Shown one piece after another: positions 48,076 to 57,902 of a DNA stretch of 64,000 nucleotides; position 1 is the first letter of the stretch, and every line of letters starts with the position of its first letter. The notes under the pieces were generated by a model that saw only the letters and a program-made list of their open reading frames with translations, was not told the origin of the DNA and ran no database searches. The translations under genes were made by a program, and so were the position numbers. This DNA comes from an uncultured Actinomycetes bacterium (GTDB taxonomy: Bacteria > Actinomycetota > UBA4738 > JACQTL01), in NCBI GenBank assembly GCA_963772375.1, contig CAVYXG010000009.1, positions 31,312 to 95,311 of the forward strand. Direction: 5' to 3'.

Positions 48076-49389
48076 TCACGTGATGACCCGCTCCGCGAAG
48101 AACACCTCGCCCGGCGACGAGTCGATGCTCACGTGCCCACCCACGACGAGCTTGCCGTCATCCTGAAGCGTGGCTGCACCTGCATCCGCGGCCCCTCTTC
48201 GGGAGGGGGTGTCGACGAACCCATCGGCGCCGAACGACGGATCGCGCTTCCCATTGGCCGTGTAGCGGATGACGAACGGTGGATCGAACCCATCGTCCCC
48301 GACCAGCAGGAGCCTCCCGTCCGGTTGGCGCACCAGGGCGGACTCACCGCTCCCGGGCCCGAGCCATTCGTCCACGCGACCGTGGCCCGAACCGAAGGCG
48401 AGATCAGGCTTCCCGTTGGACAGCAACCGGGCCACGGTCACCACCCCCAGGCGACCGCCCGTCCACGCCAGCACGATCCGCCCCCGAGGCGTGACGACGA
48501 CGTCGTTCGCCATCGTCGGGTCCATGGGCCCGAATGAGAACGAGGTCCGGCCGTCGCCGGAGAAGGATCGATCGAGGCGCCCGCCCGGGAGGTATCTGAC
48601 CACCGCAGGACCGATCACCTGGCCCTTCGTTGTGGATCCCACTGCCACGACACGACCTCGAGAATCCGTCGCGAGGCCCTCGCAGGACGCGCTTCGCTCG
48701 GGGAAGTCCGTCACGACGGTTCCATCACCCCCGAAGGCCGGATCGAGGGAGCCGTCCGCCCGGAACCGGGCCACCGCGAACCGAGATGCGGTGGATCCAC
48801 AGATCAGGAACCTCCCGTTCGCCAGCAGGATCCCCTGGGCCGCGTAGGAGGGTCCCCGCCCGTACGAGGCGAAGGCGATCCCATCTCCGCCTCCGAAGGC
48901 GTGGTCGACCCCGCCGTCCGCCAGATAGCGCACTGCGGAAAGGCGGGAGCGCCCCGCGATTCGGCTCTCGCCGGTTGCCAGGATCTTGCCGTTGGGCAGG
49001 ACGGCCAGCGACGCCAGGTCGCTGTCGGCATCGGTCGCCAATCGGGTGCGGACGCGGCCACCGATTCCGAAGGACGGGTCGAGGGTGCCGCTCGCCGTGA
49101 ACCGGGCCAGAGCGAAGTCCCTCCTCCCCGGTACCGACGAGGCGGATCCGCCCAGGAGGATCCGCCTGCCCTGCATGGCCACCGCGGTGGCCCCGGCCCT
49201 GGCGGAGTCGAACCGCAGCGTCCGCTGCCCGTCGCCCGAGAACGAGGGGTCGAGATGGCCCGCTGCCGGCGCGGCCACCGACGTTGTGCCTGATCTCGGG
49301 CTTTGTGCGGCATTCGACGTGGCCGTCACCGATCCCAGCGCGATCACGCCGGCGGCCAGCACGGGAAGAACGTGGGAACTGGACCTCAC
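48076..49389 (-). CDS. Secreted delta-60 repeat (beta-propeller) protein
   Basis: Signal peptide; repeated AR(F/Y)..dG.LD.SFg.dG and (Q/L)PdGKil units. Confidence 0.85.
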   Translation of the reverse strand: MRSSSHVLPVLAAGVIALGSVTATSNAAQSPRSGTTSVAAPAAGHLDPSFSGDGQRTLRFDSARAGATAVAMQGRRILLGGSASSVPGRRDFALARFTASGTLDPSFGIGGRVRTRLATDADSDLASLAVLPNGKILATGESRIAGRSRLSAVRYLADGGVDHAFGGGDGIAFASYGRGPSYAAQGILLANGRFLICGSTASRFAVARFRADGSLDPAFGGDGTVVTDFPERSASCEGLATDSRGRVVAVGSTTKGQVIGPAVVRYLPGGRLDRSFSGDGRTSFSFGPMDPTMANDVVVTPRGRIVLAWTGGRLGVVTVARLLSNGKPDLAFGSGHGRVDEWLGPGSGESALVRQPDGRLLLVGDDGFDPPFVIRYTANGKRDPSFGADGFVDTPSRRGAADAGAATLQDDGKLVVGGHVSIDSSPGEVFFAERVIT

Positions 49390-49566
49390 TGCTCCCTCCC
49401 CGCCGAGGTTGCTCTCGGGACAGTTTGGCATCGGGGCATAGGTGAACGCCAGGAGGGGCCTCTCGATCGGGACGCTGATCGGGACTCGCCGTCCTGCCCT
49501 GACCGATCGGGCCACCCGACCCCGAACCGGCTGATGGCCGCTGGCTAAGGTCGCCGAACCAGTCGA

Positions 49567-50124
49567 GTGGGGAGGTTCGAGATGCCGACGACGATCGACG
49601 TGACGGCGATCCCGAGGCCGATCGAGGTGGGGCCGGAGATGGCGGCACTCCGCAGGTTCTTCCCCGGGGTCACCTGGAGGGGGACCATCCACGAGGGGGG
49701 CATGGGCCCGGGGACGCCGGCCATGACCGGGGTCGGCCGCGGCTCGGCGGGCCTCATCCAGGACGGCCGATGGATCGCGGGGGACTTCGAGCAGGAGCAG
49801 TTCCTCGAAGACGGGACGTTCGTCCTGCGGTGGCAGCTCCACTGGGTGTGTGGCTGGTCCCCCGAGCACGGTGAGTACCGGGCCTCGATGGTCGACAACT
49901 ACGGCCACGCGGACGTCTACCGGGGACGCCTCGACGGCGACCGGTTGGTGTTCGAATCGATCGCCGAGGAGGGTCCCCGCCTCCGGTTCACGTGGGACGC
50001 CTCCGACCTCGACCTGATCCGCTGGCGGAACGAGATGACCGTCGACGGCGAATCGTGGTTCCTCATCGAGGAGTACCCGATGGTGCCGGCACCCGGTGAC
50101 GCCGCCCCGCCGATCGAGGACTGA
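49567..50124 (+). CDS. Hypothetical beta-barrel protein (DUF1579-like)
   Basis: PEMAALRRF..W.GTI, YRASMVDNYG, WFLIEE; start may be 49582. Confidence 0.7.
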   Translation: MGRFEMPTTIDVTAIPRPIEVGPEMAALRRFFPGVTWRGTIHEGGMGPGTPAMTGVGRGSAGLIQDGRWIAGDFEQEQFLEDGTFVLRWQLHWVCGWSPEHGEYRASMVDNYGHADVYRGRLDGDRLVFESIAEEGPRLRFTWDASDLDLIRWRNEMTVDGESWFLIEEYPMVPAPGDAAPPIED

Positions 50125-50159
50125 AGCCGACGTCGTCGAGGACGAGGCGACCGTCGCGA

Positions 50160-50935
50160 TCAGTCGACCTCGGGTCCGGCTTCCTCGAGCGAGCCGAACC
50201 GCACCGGTACGCGATCCTCGCCCCACACGCGGCGTGGGGAAGCGAGGACCTCGAGCTCGATCCCCAGGCGCCGGTACAGCCGGAGAACCGGCACCGACAC
50301 ATCCAACTGATCGCGCTGAATCCCCGGGCCCGCAGCTCCAGCCAGCTCCGGCCGATCAGCCCGGCCAAACGCATCCCGCTCGAGCCCCTCCGGGTGGTCG
50401 TCCGCCGCGCCCATCCCCGTGTCGTCACGACCTGGAACCGGCGCCGATGGACGGTACAGGACCACCTTCTGCGAAAACGGCGCTCCCTTGACCCCCCGTC
50501 CGAACAGCAGGTGATCCCCCGAGATCGACGGGTTCCGCTCGGACTTCGCCGTCGTGTTGATGCCCGCAGGCACGGGGAGGAACTTCTTCGCTGCCAGATC
50601 CCAGAGCCTGACGCTCCAGTCACCGATCCCGCGCTTCGCACCTACCCCGTAGACCAGCACGTCCCCGTGTGGGCCACCGAGCTCGATGCTTCCCGCCTCC
50701 GCGCTGGTCGTTGTCGGGTTGACGGCGTACGCCGGCTGGCCGGCCGGTTTCACCTTCAACGACCAGACGTACGAGGTTCCCTTGTCGACGGCCCAGACCG
50801 TGTAGCCGGCCTCAACCGCGACGCTCCACTCGTTGTTGGCCGTGTCGATGAATTCGTCGGCGTGGCCGCCAGCGCCACCTGCGACACCGACAACAGGACC
50901 GCGACCACCATCGTCATGACCAGGGCCCTCCGCAT
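50160..50935 (-). pseudogene. Frameshifted and truncated secreted protein
   Basis: RBS, ATG and signal peptide (MRRALV...ALAATP) in one frame; mature-like sequence (EFIDTANNE...PSISGDHLLFGR..VVLYR) continues in another frame from about 50858. Confidence 0.6.
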
Positions 50936-51090
50936 GATCGCCTCCTCCCCGGATCGGCTGCACGAGCCACTGGTTTGGAGTGGACGGTGAAGCTCGGAAA
51001 GGGCAGGTCGCACCGAGCGACCTCGCAGGGCCACAGACACGAGCGCACGCGTCGGGATACCTTCTTCACGCCAACCGACGGGAGGCGGAG

Positions 51091-52314
51091 ATGACCACCA
51101 CAGAGGAACGGGGAGCCTGGACCGACCTGTTCGCCACCCGGGCCTCCGGCGACGCCGACGACGGTCTCGCATCGATCCTCGCTCTCTCCACCGCAACCGA
51201 CCTCATCTCCTTCGCCGGGGGCTTCCCTGACCCCGCCACGTTCCCGGGCCCCGTGCTCGCCGAGATCCTTGGTGATCTCCTGCGGGCCGGCGACGCCTCC
51301 GCGCTCCAGTACGCGCCGACCCCCGGCCTTCCCGGGTTCCGAGAGTTCCTGACGACCAGGATCGAGCGTCTGGAAGGCCGACGCCTCGCCGACGACGAGC
51401 TGCTCGTCACGAGCGGGGGGATCGAGGCTCTGGAGCTCCTCGGCAAGGCCTTCCTCGAACCGGGCGACCCGGCGTTCGTGGAGGCCCCGACCTACCTCGG
51501 CGCCATCATGGCCTTCCGGAGCTTCGAGGCTGACGTTCGCGGTGTCCCCGTGGACGACGGAGGCCTGGAGGTGGAGGAGCTCGGGCGGATGCTGTCGGTC
51601 GGGCCTCAGCCGAAGCTCCTGTACGTCATCCCGGACCACCAGAACCCGGCTGGGGTAACCCTGTCCGGCGACCGGCGCGCGCCGCTCGTCGAGCTGGCCC
51701 GGCGATATGGATTCCTCATCGTGGAAGACGTGGCCTATCGCGAGCTGGGATTCACCCGGGATCGCCTCCCCAGCCTGTGGGCACTCGGTCCCGACACGGT
51801 GGTCCAGGTCGGGACGTTCTCCAAGACGTTCTTCCCCGGGGTCCGGCTGGGGTGGGCCGCCGGCCCCAGGGAGGTGATCGCCGGGATGACTTGGGCCAAA
51901 CAGAACACCGATCAGTGTGCGGGGGCACTCGGGCAGCGGCTGCTCGAGGAGTACGGACGACGGGGATTGCTCGAGGACCAGAATGAGCGGGCCCGCGAGC
52001 TCTACCGGCGGCGCTGCGACCTCCTCCTGGCATCGCTGGAGGAACACCTGCCAGATGGCGTGAGGTGGACCCGCCCGCTGGGAGGCTTCTTCACGTGGTT
52101 GACCCTGCCCTCCGAGGCCGATGCCGTGGTCCTCGCGGCCCGGGGGATGGACGCGAAGGTGGCCTTCGTCCCGGGGGCTCCGTTTCATCCCGACGGGCGG
52201 GGCCGAAGCAACATCCGGCTGGCCTTCAGCCGGATCCGGGACGAGGAGATCGATACAGGAGCCGCGCGGCTCGGTCGGCTGCTGCGGGACGAGTTGCGGA
52301 GGCTGGGGACATGA
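51091..52314 (+). CDS. PLP-dependent aminotransferase class I/II (2-aminoadipate transaminase-like)
   Basis: ISFAGGFPD, LQY, QNPAG, EDVAY, GTFSKTFFPGVRLGW. Confidence 0.92.
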   Translation: MTTTEERGAWTDLFATRASGDADDGLASILALSTATDLISFAGGFPDPATFPGPVLAEILGDLLRAGDASALQYAPTPGLPGFREFLTTRIERLEGRRLADDELLVTSGGIEALELLGKAFLEPGDPAFVEAPTYLGAIMAFRSFEADVRGVPVDDGGLEVEELGRMLSVGPQPKLLYVIPDHQNPAGVTLSGDRRAPLVELARRYGFLIVEDVAYRELGFTRDRLPSLWALGPDTVVQVGTFSKTFFPGVRLGWAAGPREVIAGMTWAKQNTDQCAGALGQRLLEEYGRRGLLEDQNERARELYRRRCDLLLASLEEHLPDGVRWTRPLGGFFTWLTLPSEADAVVLAARGMDAKVAFVPGAPFHPDGRGRSNIRLAFSRIRDEEIDTGAARLGRLLRDELRRLGT

Positions 52315-52724
52315 GCGAGAGCGGCGAGTACTTCGCCTCCGAGTCCGGAGTTGCCGCCGACAAGCCCCGGTACGTGGAGATCGTCGATATCGCACCCATC
52401 GAGATCGCACCCGGGCTCCTATTCCGCCCGGTGCTCGGCGAGGGACTGCTCGTCAACTTCGTGCGGTTCGAACCCCATACCGAAGCACCCGTCCACACCC
52501 ACGAGGAGGAGCAGGTGGTCGTCGTGCTCGACGGCGAGATCGAGTTCGACGTCGATGGGGACGTGCGGACGGTCCGTCCGGGGGAGGCCATCCACCTCCC
52601 GCCGCATGTGCCGCACGGGGCGCGGACCCTCGACTCGAGCTGCTCCGAGATCGACATATTCTCCCCGCCCCGTCGCGCCCTGGTTGACCTCATGGGCCCG
52701 GCCGTGGAATCACCCGGGGCGTAG
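52311..52724 (+). CDS. Cupin domain protein
   Basis: PVHTHEEEQ, PPHVPHG, DIFSPPR; ATGA overlap. Confidence 0.88.
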   Translation: MSESGEYFASESGVAADKPRYVEIVDIAPIEIAPGLLFRPVLGEGLLVNFVRFEPHTEAPVHTHEEEQVVVVLDGEIEFDVDGDVRTVRPGEAIHLPPHVPHGARTLDSSCSEIDIFSPPRRALVDLMGPAVESPGA

Positions 52725-52730
52725 TCGCGG

Positions 52731-53513
52731 ATGGATCTCGGCCTCACGGGACACGCGGCGATCGTCACCGGAGGTTCGAGGGGGCTCGGGCGCGCCATCG
52801 CCCGCGAGCTCGCCACGGAGGGGGCGAACGTCGCGATCTGCGCCCGAACGGAGAGCGAGCTCGCCGCAGCCGCCAAGGAGCTCCGCTCGACCGGCCGGAC
52901 CGTGCACGTTCAGGTTGCGGACGTCACCGACCCCGAGCAGGTTCGGGACTTCGTGGCCCGGTCCGCCGAGGCGCTCGGCGGGGTCGACATCCTCGTCAAC
53001 AACGCCGGTCGGGCGCATCCGGGGAACTTCGAGACGCTCACCGACGACGACTGGCAGGACGATCTCGACGTGAAGCTGTTCTCGATGATCCGGTGCACGC
53101 GCGAGGTGCTCCCCCGAATGCGGGAGCGAGGCGGTGGGCGGGTGATCAACATCAATGCGGTGTTCGGTCGCTCTCCCGATCCCGCCTTCTTCGCCACCAG
53201 CGTGAACCGTGCTGCCTGCCTCTCCCTCACGAAGACGCTCGCCCAGGAGCTCGCCCCGGACGGGATTCTGGTCAACAGCGTCAACATCGGCTTCGTCCTG
53301 ACCCCGCAGTGGGAGAACATCCGCAGACGCAGGGCGCCCGACCTCTCCATCGACGAGTTCTCGCACCGCATAGCCCAAGCCGATGTCCCCCTCGGAAGGT
53401 TCGGCCGGGCCGAGGAGGTTGCCGGAATCGTCGCCTTCCTCGCCGGCGACCGGGCGGGCTACATCACGGGGGCATCGATCGACGTCGCGGGCGGCATGGG
53501 CAAGTACGTCTGA
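52731..53513 (+). CDS. SDR family oxidoreductase
   Basis: TGGSRGLG, VNNAG, YITGASIDVAGG. Confidence 0.9.
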   Translation: MDLGLTGHAAIVTGGSRGLGRAIARELATEGANVAICARTESELAAAAKELRSTGRTVHVQVADVTDPEQVRDFVARSAEALGGVDILVNNAGRAHPGNFETLTDDDWQDDLDVKLFSMIRCTREVLPRMRERGGGRVININAVFGRSPDPAFFATSVNRAACLSLTKTLAQELAPDGILVNSVNIGFVLTPQWENIRRRRAPDLSIDEFSHRIAQADVPLGRFGRAEEVAGIVAFLAGDRAGYITGASIDVAGGMGKYV

Positions 53514-53870
53514 AGCTCCAGAACCTGGGGGACGGACGGATTGGCGCTACGCCGAGACGGAAGTGCCGCCAGACGGAGGCCGAGGTCCCTCGGTCCCCGA
53601 CGGCCGTGACCCGCCAGGAGTAGGCACTGTTCGGCCTCAGGGCGTTGGTCTTGAGTGTGGAGGCGCCGAGCCCGGTCTCCTTCTGCACCGTGGGACCCGT
53701 CCTCGACCCGCGCTTCACGATCACCGTGTAGCCCTGGATGCACGACACGTCACTCCAGTCAAGGACGACCAGCGGGCCACGCAAGGTCGTGTTCGTGGGA
53801 GCGATCAGGGCGGGCCTCGAGGGCTTCCCGGGGCAGACCTCGACCGCGCCGACGTCGATGACCAGCCTGG
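53464..53870 (-). pseudogene. C-terminal remnant of a surface protein (DVGAVE motif + FN3-like domain)
   Basis: IDVGAVE..PALIAP..LDWSDV..GYTV..L.PNSAYSWRVTA; no credible start or signal peptide. Confidence 0.5.
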
Positions 53871-53929
53871 GGGCGCACGATCCCACGCTGGTCGTTGGTC
53901 GGCGCGCCGCTGCTCGTGCCCCGTCCACT

Positions 53930-54976
53930 TCAGAACCAGCCGCGCCGCCTGAAGAGCGAGAGCAGGAGGCCGACGATCGTGATCTCCAGGCCGATGCCCA
54001 ACAGCGGAAACAGCGGAAGGGTCGATATGTGCCGCACCATCCAGCCGAAGTTCTGGCCGAAGAAGCCGGTGATGAAGGTGAGCGGCAGGAAGATCGTCGC
54101 GATCACGGTGAGCTGCTTCATCACGGCGTTGAGTCGATTCGAGACCGTCGACAGGTAGACGTCCATCGCGCCGGTGAGGAGATCGCGGTAGCTGTCGATC
54201 AGATCGCTGATTCGGATCAGGTGATCGTAGACGTCGCGGAAGTACCGCTCGTCCTCCTTTCCGAGCCCCGGCAGCTCGGTGAGGCCCCCCATGAGGCTCG
54301 CGAACGCGTCGCGCTGAGGCGTGACGGCCTTGCGCATGCCCACCAGTAGGCGCTTCATCCCGAAGATCTCCTGGAGCTGCCGGTCATCCGCCTTCTGGAA
54401 GATGCTGCTCTGGAGCTCGTCGATCCGATCGTCGAAGGCCGACAGGATCGGAAAGAAGCTGTCGACGAGGCCGTCCACGACGCGGTACAGCAGCAGCGAC
54501 GGGTGGTCGAACTTCGCGTCGCTCCTCTGGTAACGCCGCCGGATCTCGGCGAAGGACGGGCAGTCGTCGTGGTGGATAGTGACGAGGAAGCGCTCGGAAT
54601 AGAAGCAGTGCACCTCCACCAGGCGGTCTTGATCCGATGTCGCTCCGTAGACCACTACGAAGATGAAGTCGTCGTAGTCGTCGAACTTGGCCCGCTGGTC
54701 GAAGTGCTGGGAGTCCTCGATGGCAAGCGGATGGAACTTGAAGACGTCACGGAGGATCTCGAAGTCCACCGCGGTGGGCTGGTCGAGGTCGAGCCAGAAG
54801 AAACGCCCGCTCGCAAGGCGGGCCTCGACCGTCTCTCGGCTGAAGTGGACGCGCTCAGAGCCGTCCCGGTCTACCACGTAACAGGCCGAGGGCCCTGTCC
54901 GGTCCGGCGTAGCTTGTGTCCGGGTGGAGTCAAGGCCGACGGCGAGCGGATCGCTCGCCGACGAATCATGTCCCAT
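53930..54976 (-). CDS. corA: CorA family Mg2+/Co2+ transporter
   Basis: FHPLAIED, YFRDVYDH, LTVIATIFLPLTFITGFFGQNF (GQN variant of GMN). Confidence 0.92.
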   Translation of the reverse strand: MGHDSSASDPLAVGLDSTRTQATPDRTGPSACYVVDRDGSERVHFSRETVEARLASGRFFWLDLDQPTAVDFEILRDVFKFHPLAIEDSQHFDQRAKFDDYDDFIFVVVYGATSDQDRLVEVHCFYSERFLVTIHHDDCPSFAEIRRRYQRSDAKFDHPSLLLYRVVDGLVDSFFPILSAFDDRIDELQSSIFQKADDRQLQEIFGMKRLLVGMRKAVTPQRDAFASLMGGLTELPGLGKEDERYFRDVYDHLIRISDLIDSYRDLLTGAMDVYLSTVSNRLNAVMKQLTVIATIFLPLTFITGFFGQNFGWMVRHISTLPLFPLLGIGLEITIVGLLLSLFRRRGWF

Positions 54977-55019
54977 GGCCGCGATGGTACTGCCGAGCGC
55001 TTGGGCCAGAGGCGTCGTC

Positions 55020-55592
55020 AGACCAGTCGCATCGGAGGCGGCAACTACCCCAGCTTCACGGTGAAGGCGCCTCCCCGTGGTCCGCTGACGGCCAATTCGT
55101 GCACGTGCTCGGCCCCGCGGAGCAGGTGGTGCTCGGCCTCAGCGTGTGGGACGTCGGCCGGGTTCCCCGGAACCCGTGCCACTCGATCGGGCACCTGTAC
55201 GATCCCGGAGCGACGGTCGAGGATCTGGCTGCGGCACTCGCGGCCCAGCCGATGCGCCATGCCACGATGCCGACGGACGTGGTGCTCGGCGGCTACCACG
55301 GGCGGTACCTCCAGTGGTCGGTGCCGGCTCACATGGTGGTGACCGGGGATTCCGACTTCGCAGGCTGCGACGTCCGGAGCGGCGGACACCGGGACTTCGT
55401 CAGCTGGTTCGGCAACCGGATGGGCGAGCGGTGGCAGCAGGAGGCAGGCCAGGTGGACCGGCTGTGGATCCTGAATGTCACGGGCAACGGCTCGTGGTCG
55501 ACGCGACCTACTCGCCTGGAGCGACGCAGTCGCAGCGCGACGAGGAGGACCGGGTCGTGCACTGGCTCCGGTTCGACGGCTCGGCTGGGTAG
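55020..55592 (+). pseudogene. Multiply frameshifted remnant of an exported protein
   Basis: Protein-like sequence spread over changing frames: YPSFTV / VWDV..NPC..TVEDLAAAL..DRLWILNV / GQRLVVDA..LRF*; no N-terminus. Confidence 0.55.
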
Positions 55593-55757
55593 GTACCGGT
55601 GAGCAGGGCGAGCCAGGCCAGGGGCGGCTGGTTCAGCGCCTTCCGTGGGCCCGTCCCCGCGACGTAGGGCGAGATCGAGCGCAGGGTCGCCGGAACAGAA
55701 CTTGTCGCGGCCGCGCGATCCTTCGTGCTCGCCGACGTGTATCCCGCTGGTGGTGGT

Positions 55758-56141
55758 TCAGTCGGCATCCATCGAACCGAGGGCTCGCTCAGCACTCGCC
55801 AGGGCCTGGTCCGGATTCACGCCGAGCTGTCGGGCTTGGAGAGCGAAAGCTCGTGCCGCCTCGAGCAGCTCGCGCTCGCGGTCGGGCGGCTCGGACTCGA
55901 TGGGGAGGGAACGTACCGATGTGCCGTTCCTGCCCCTGCCTCCGATCAAGCCGGACTGCTCGAGCTCCCGGTAGGCGCGTGCCACCGTGCCGACGGCGAG
56001 CCCGAGGTCCCCGGCCAGCTGTCGGATCGATGGCAGGCGCGTCCCCGGTCTGAGCACGCCCGAGGCGATCATGGTCGCCACTTGCGAACGGATCTGTTCG
56101 TACGGAGGAACAGGGGAGCCCGCGTCCACCCGAACGATCAC
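55758..56141 (-). CDS. GntR family (YtrA-type) transcriptional regulator
   Basis: PPYEQI, G.RLPSIRQLA.DLGLAVGTVARAYREL; short C-terminal helix. Confidence 0.93.
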   Translation of the reverse strand: MIVRVDAGSPVPPYEQIRSQVATMIASGVLRPGTRLPSIRQLAGDLGLAVGTVARAYRELEQSGLIGGRGRNGTSVRSLPIESEPPDRERELLEAARAFALQARQLGVNPDQALASAERALGSMDAD

Positions 56142-57007
56142 GCCTGGCTCCCGACCTCGGTTCGGCGTACCTGCCAGGAGTCTGCGCGACCAAGCAGCAA
56201 CCACACGAACATCGCGAGCGCGAAGGTCAACAGAGCAGCCCACCCGAACCAGGACCCGCCCCACGGGCCGGCCGAAGGAGCGCGATGCGACAGCGCAGCG
56301 CACTGAGCCGAGACGATGAGGAGCACGATCGCCAAGCCGGCTCCGCCAACCGCATGGATCGACGATGCCCGGATCGCCTGATCGGCGACGAGCAGGTCGT
56401 CCGACACTACGGGCTGGGGGCGCCCCGAGATCGTCCGCTCGAGGATCTCGAGCACCACGTTCAGCCCGACCGCGACCAGGGCGAGTGTGACGAACCACGG
56501 GAACCGCAGTCCTGTGAGCGACGCGCCCGAGATTCCGGCCCCGAGAGCGAGCCCGATCGAAGCGGTCGCTGCGATCCGTGTCCCCCAGACGGTCCAGGCG
56601 GGGAGGTAGTCGTGTACCCCTCGTGGCGAGAGCGAGGCCGACCGCATGGTTCCGGGCGGCGGACGTCGAAGCGAGAGCTCAGCGACCACCGTGCCGGTCA
56701 GGTATCCGATCATGATCAGCTGCCAGAAACCGATCGCCACATGCTGTCCGCCGGTAGCGAGCGTCAGCCCGATGGAGGCCAGGTACGCGACCAGCGCACC
56801 GACAATCCGGAAGCGACGCGCACGCCCAAGGTATCGGTACACCATCGGACGACTGGTCTCGGTCAACACCAGGCCGTGACCGTTCGCCCATCGATCCGCG
56901 GACCCGAAGCCCCCGATCCGCGCCGACGCGTAGATGATCGTTCCGAGTATCACGGCCGGGACTACGAGGATCGCCGCTTCCTGGAGTCCGATCCCAAACG
57001 CATCCAT
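56138..57007 (-). CDS. Multi-pass membrane protein
   Basis: About 7 TM segments; RSASLSPR...YLP motif; GTGA overlap with GntR. Confidence 0.8.
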   Translation of the reverse strand: MDAFGIGLQEAAILVVPAVILGTIIYASARIGGFGSADRWANGHGLVLTETSRPMVYRYLGRARRFRIVGALVAYLASIGLTLATGGQHVAIGFWQLIMIGYLTGTVVAELSLRRPPPGTMRSASLSPRGVHDYLPAWTVWGTRIAATASIGLALGAGISGASLTGLRFPWFVTLALVAVGLNVVLEILERTISGRPQPVVSDDLLVADQAIRASSIHAVGGAGLAIVLLIVSAQCAALSHRAPSAGPWGGSWFGWAALLTFALAMFVWLLLGRADSWQVRRTEVGSQA

Positions 57008-57056
57008 GCTCGGTGCCCCTTTCGCCGAGCGGTCACCCATCCGGCGGTCGCTGAGA

Positions 57057-57088
57057 AGCGTATTAATGTACTGCTACATTGACACACT
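57057..57088. promoter_or_regulatory. Candidate GntR/YtrA operator palindrome
   Basis: AGCGTATTAATGTA-CTGC-TACATTGACACACT; AT-rich inverted repeat about 50 nt upstream of the membrane protein-gntR operon. Confidence 0.65.
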
Positions 57089-57489
57089 CCAAGGCCGGCG
57101 TCAACTTCGCAGGCAAGGACCACCCAGTCCCGAACGTCGTCCTCGATGACCTCCGGCGGCGATGGGAGGTGGCACAAGGGAGGTTCGGGCGTCTTCGGCC
57201 TCGCGACGGACCTTGGCCATGGCCCTGGGTTTCTTCTCCTACCATCTGGCCAAGTCCCGCCGGAGTGCTGGAGTAGGACTGGGAGAGAACTCTGTCTGCG
57301 CTGGTCAGCGCCCCTCTCCTCGACCGCCAGGTAACGCGGCAAGGCCGGTTGGTAACGCTCTTGGCACGTGCCGCGTGACTGAGAGGGGCGCCGGGAGTAC
57401 ATCCCCGGCGTGCGAAGGCGCACGTGATGCCGAAGATCTCGACTACCAGAGTCCTTGTTCCCTCAATCCTTCGAGGTGCCCATCGAACC

Positions 57490-57745
57490 TCAGCCAAGAT
57501 CTCGGCGGCCGTCGCACTCGGATACAACCGCAAGTCCTGCAGACCGATGTGGAGCTCCGTGATCGGTTCGGGCGGGCTCCTCGCCTACCTGTGGGTGGGC
57601 GGGTCCGTGTTCAACGGGTATGTCGATCCTGATCAGCCTGACCCGCTCCTCCACGCCGTCGATCTGGATGCGGCCCGTGTCCCCGTCCACCACCGCGAGG
57701 ACGGTCGCTTCCTGACCGTCGAGGGGCGCAGCCGACGGACCCGTG
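57490..57745 (-). pseudogene. Degraded thermonuclease (SNase-like) remnant
   Basis: ATVLAVVDGDT..IDGVEERVRLIRIDIP resembles the SNase N-terminus, then similarity is lost. Confidence 0.6.
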
Positions 57746-57851
57746 ACCTGCAGGCGTCGCCACGATGAGCAGCGGCACCGAGAAAGCGGTTGATGACCAC
57801 CTTCGGCACCTCGTGAGCGTACGCTTACCGCCCGTCTCCCAGCTCGCCCGA

Positions 57852-57896
57852 TGCATGGCTTCGGGCCTCGGGGCCAGCGCGGCACCCCCCTACGGT
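57852..57896 (+). promoter_or_regulatory. Photolyase promoter: TGCATGGCTTC motif plus -10 TACGGT (leaderless)
   Basis: Motif starts 39 nt before the -10 hexamer; GTG start 6 nt after the hexamer. Confidence 0.45.
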
Positions 57897-57902
57897 GGAC
57901 GG

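Noticed and set aside
48076-49389. Periodic DNA similarity that could suggest a repeat array
   Set aside because: Explained by protein-level delta-60 propeller repeats
50967-51023. CCACT-N7-AGTGG palindrome and AGGTCGC/GCGACCT hairpin upstream of the aminotransferase as a riboswitch or MocR site
   Set aside because: Arms are short, match no riboswitch I recognise, and no cognate regulator is adjacent
19689-53513. Two SDR genes with similar MDLGL.G starts as a recent duplication
   Set aside because: Similarity is limited to family motifs; they are ordinary paralogs
57090-57490. Short ORFs in the gap between the GntR operon and the nuclease remnant
   Set aside because: No RBS, motifs or host-like codon pattern; probably decayed sequence
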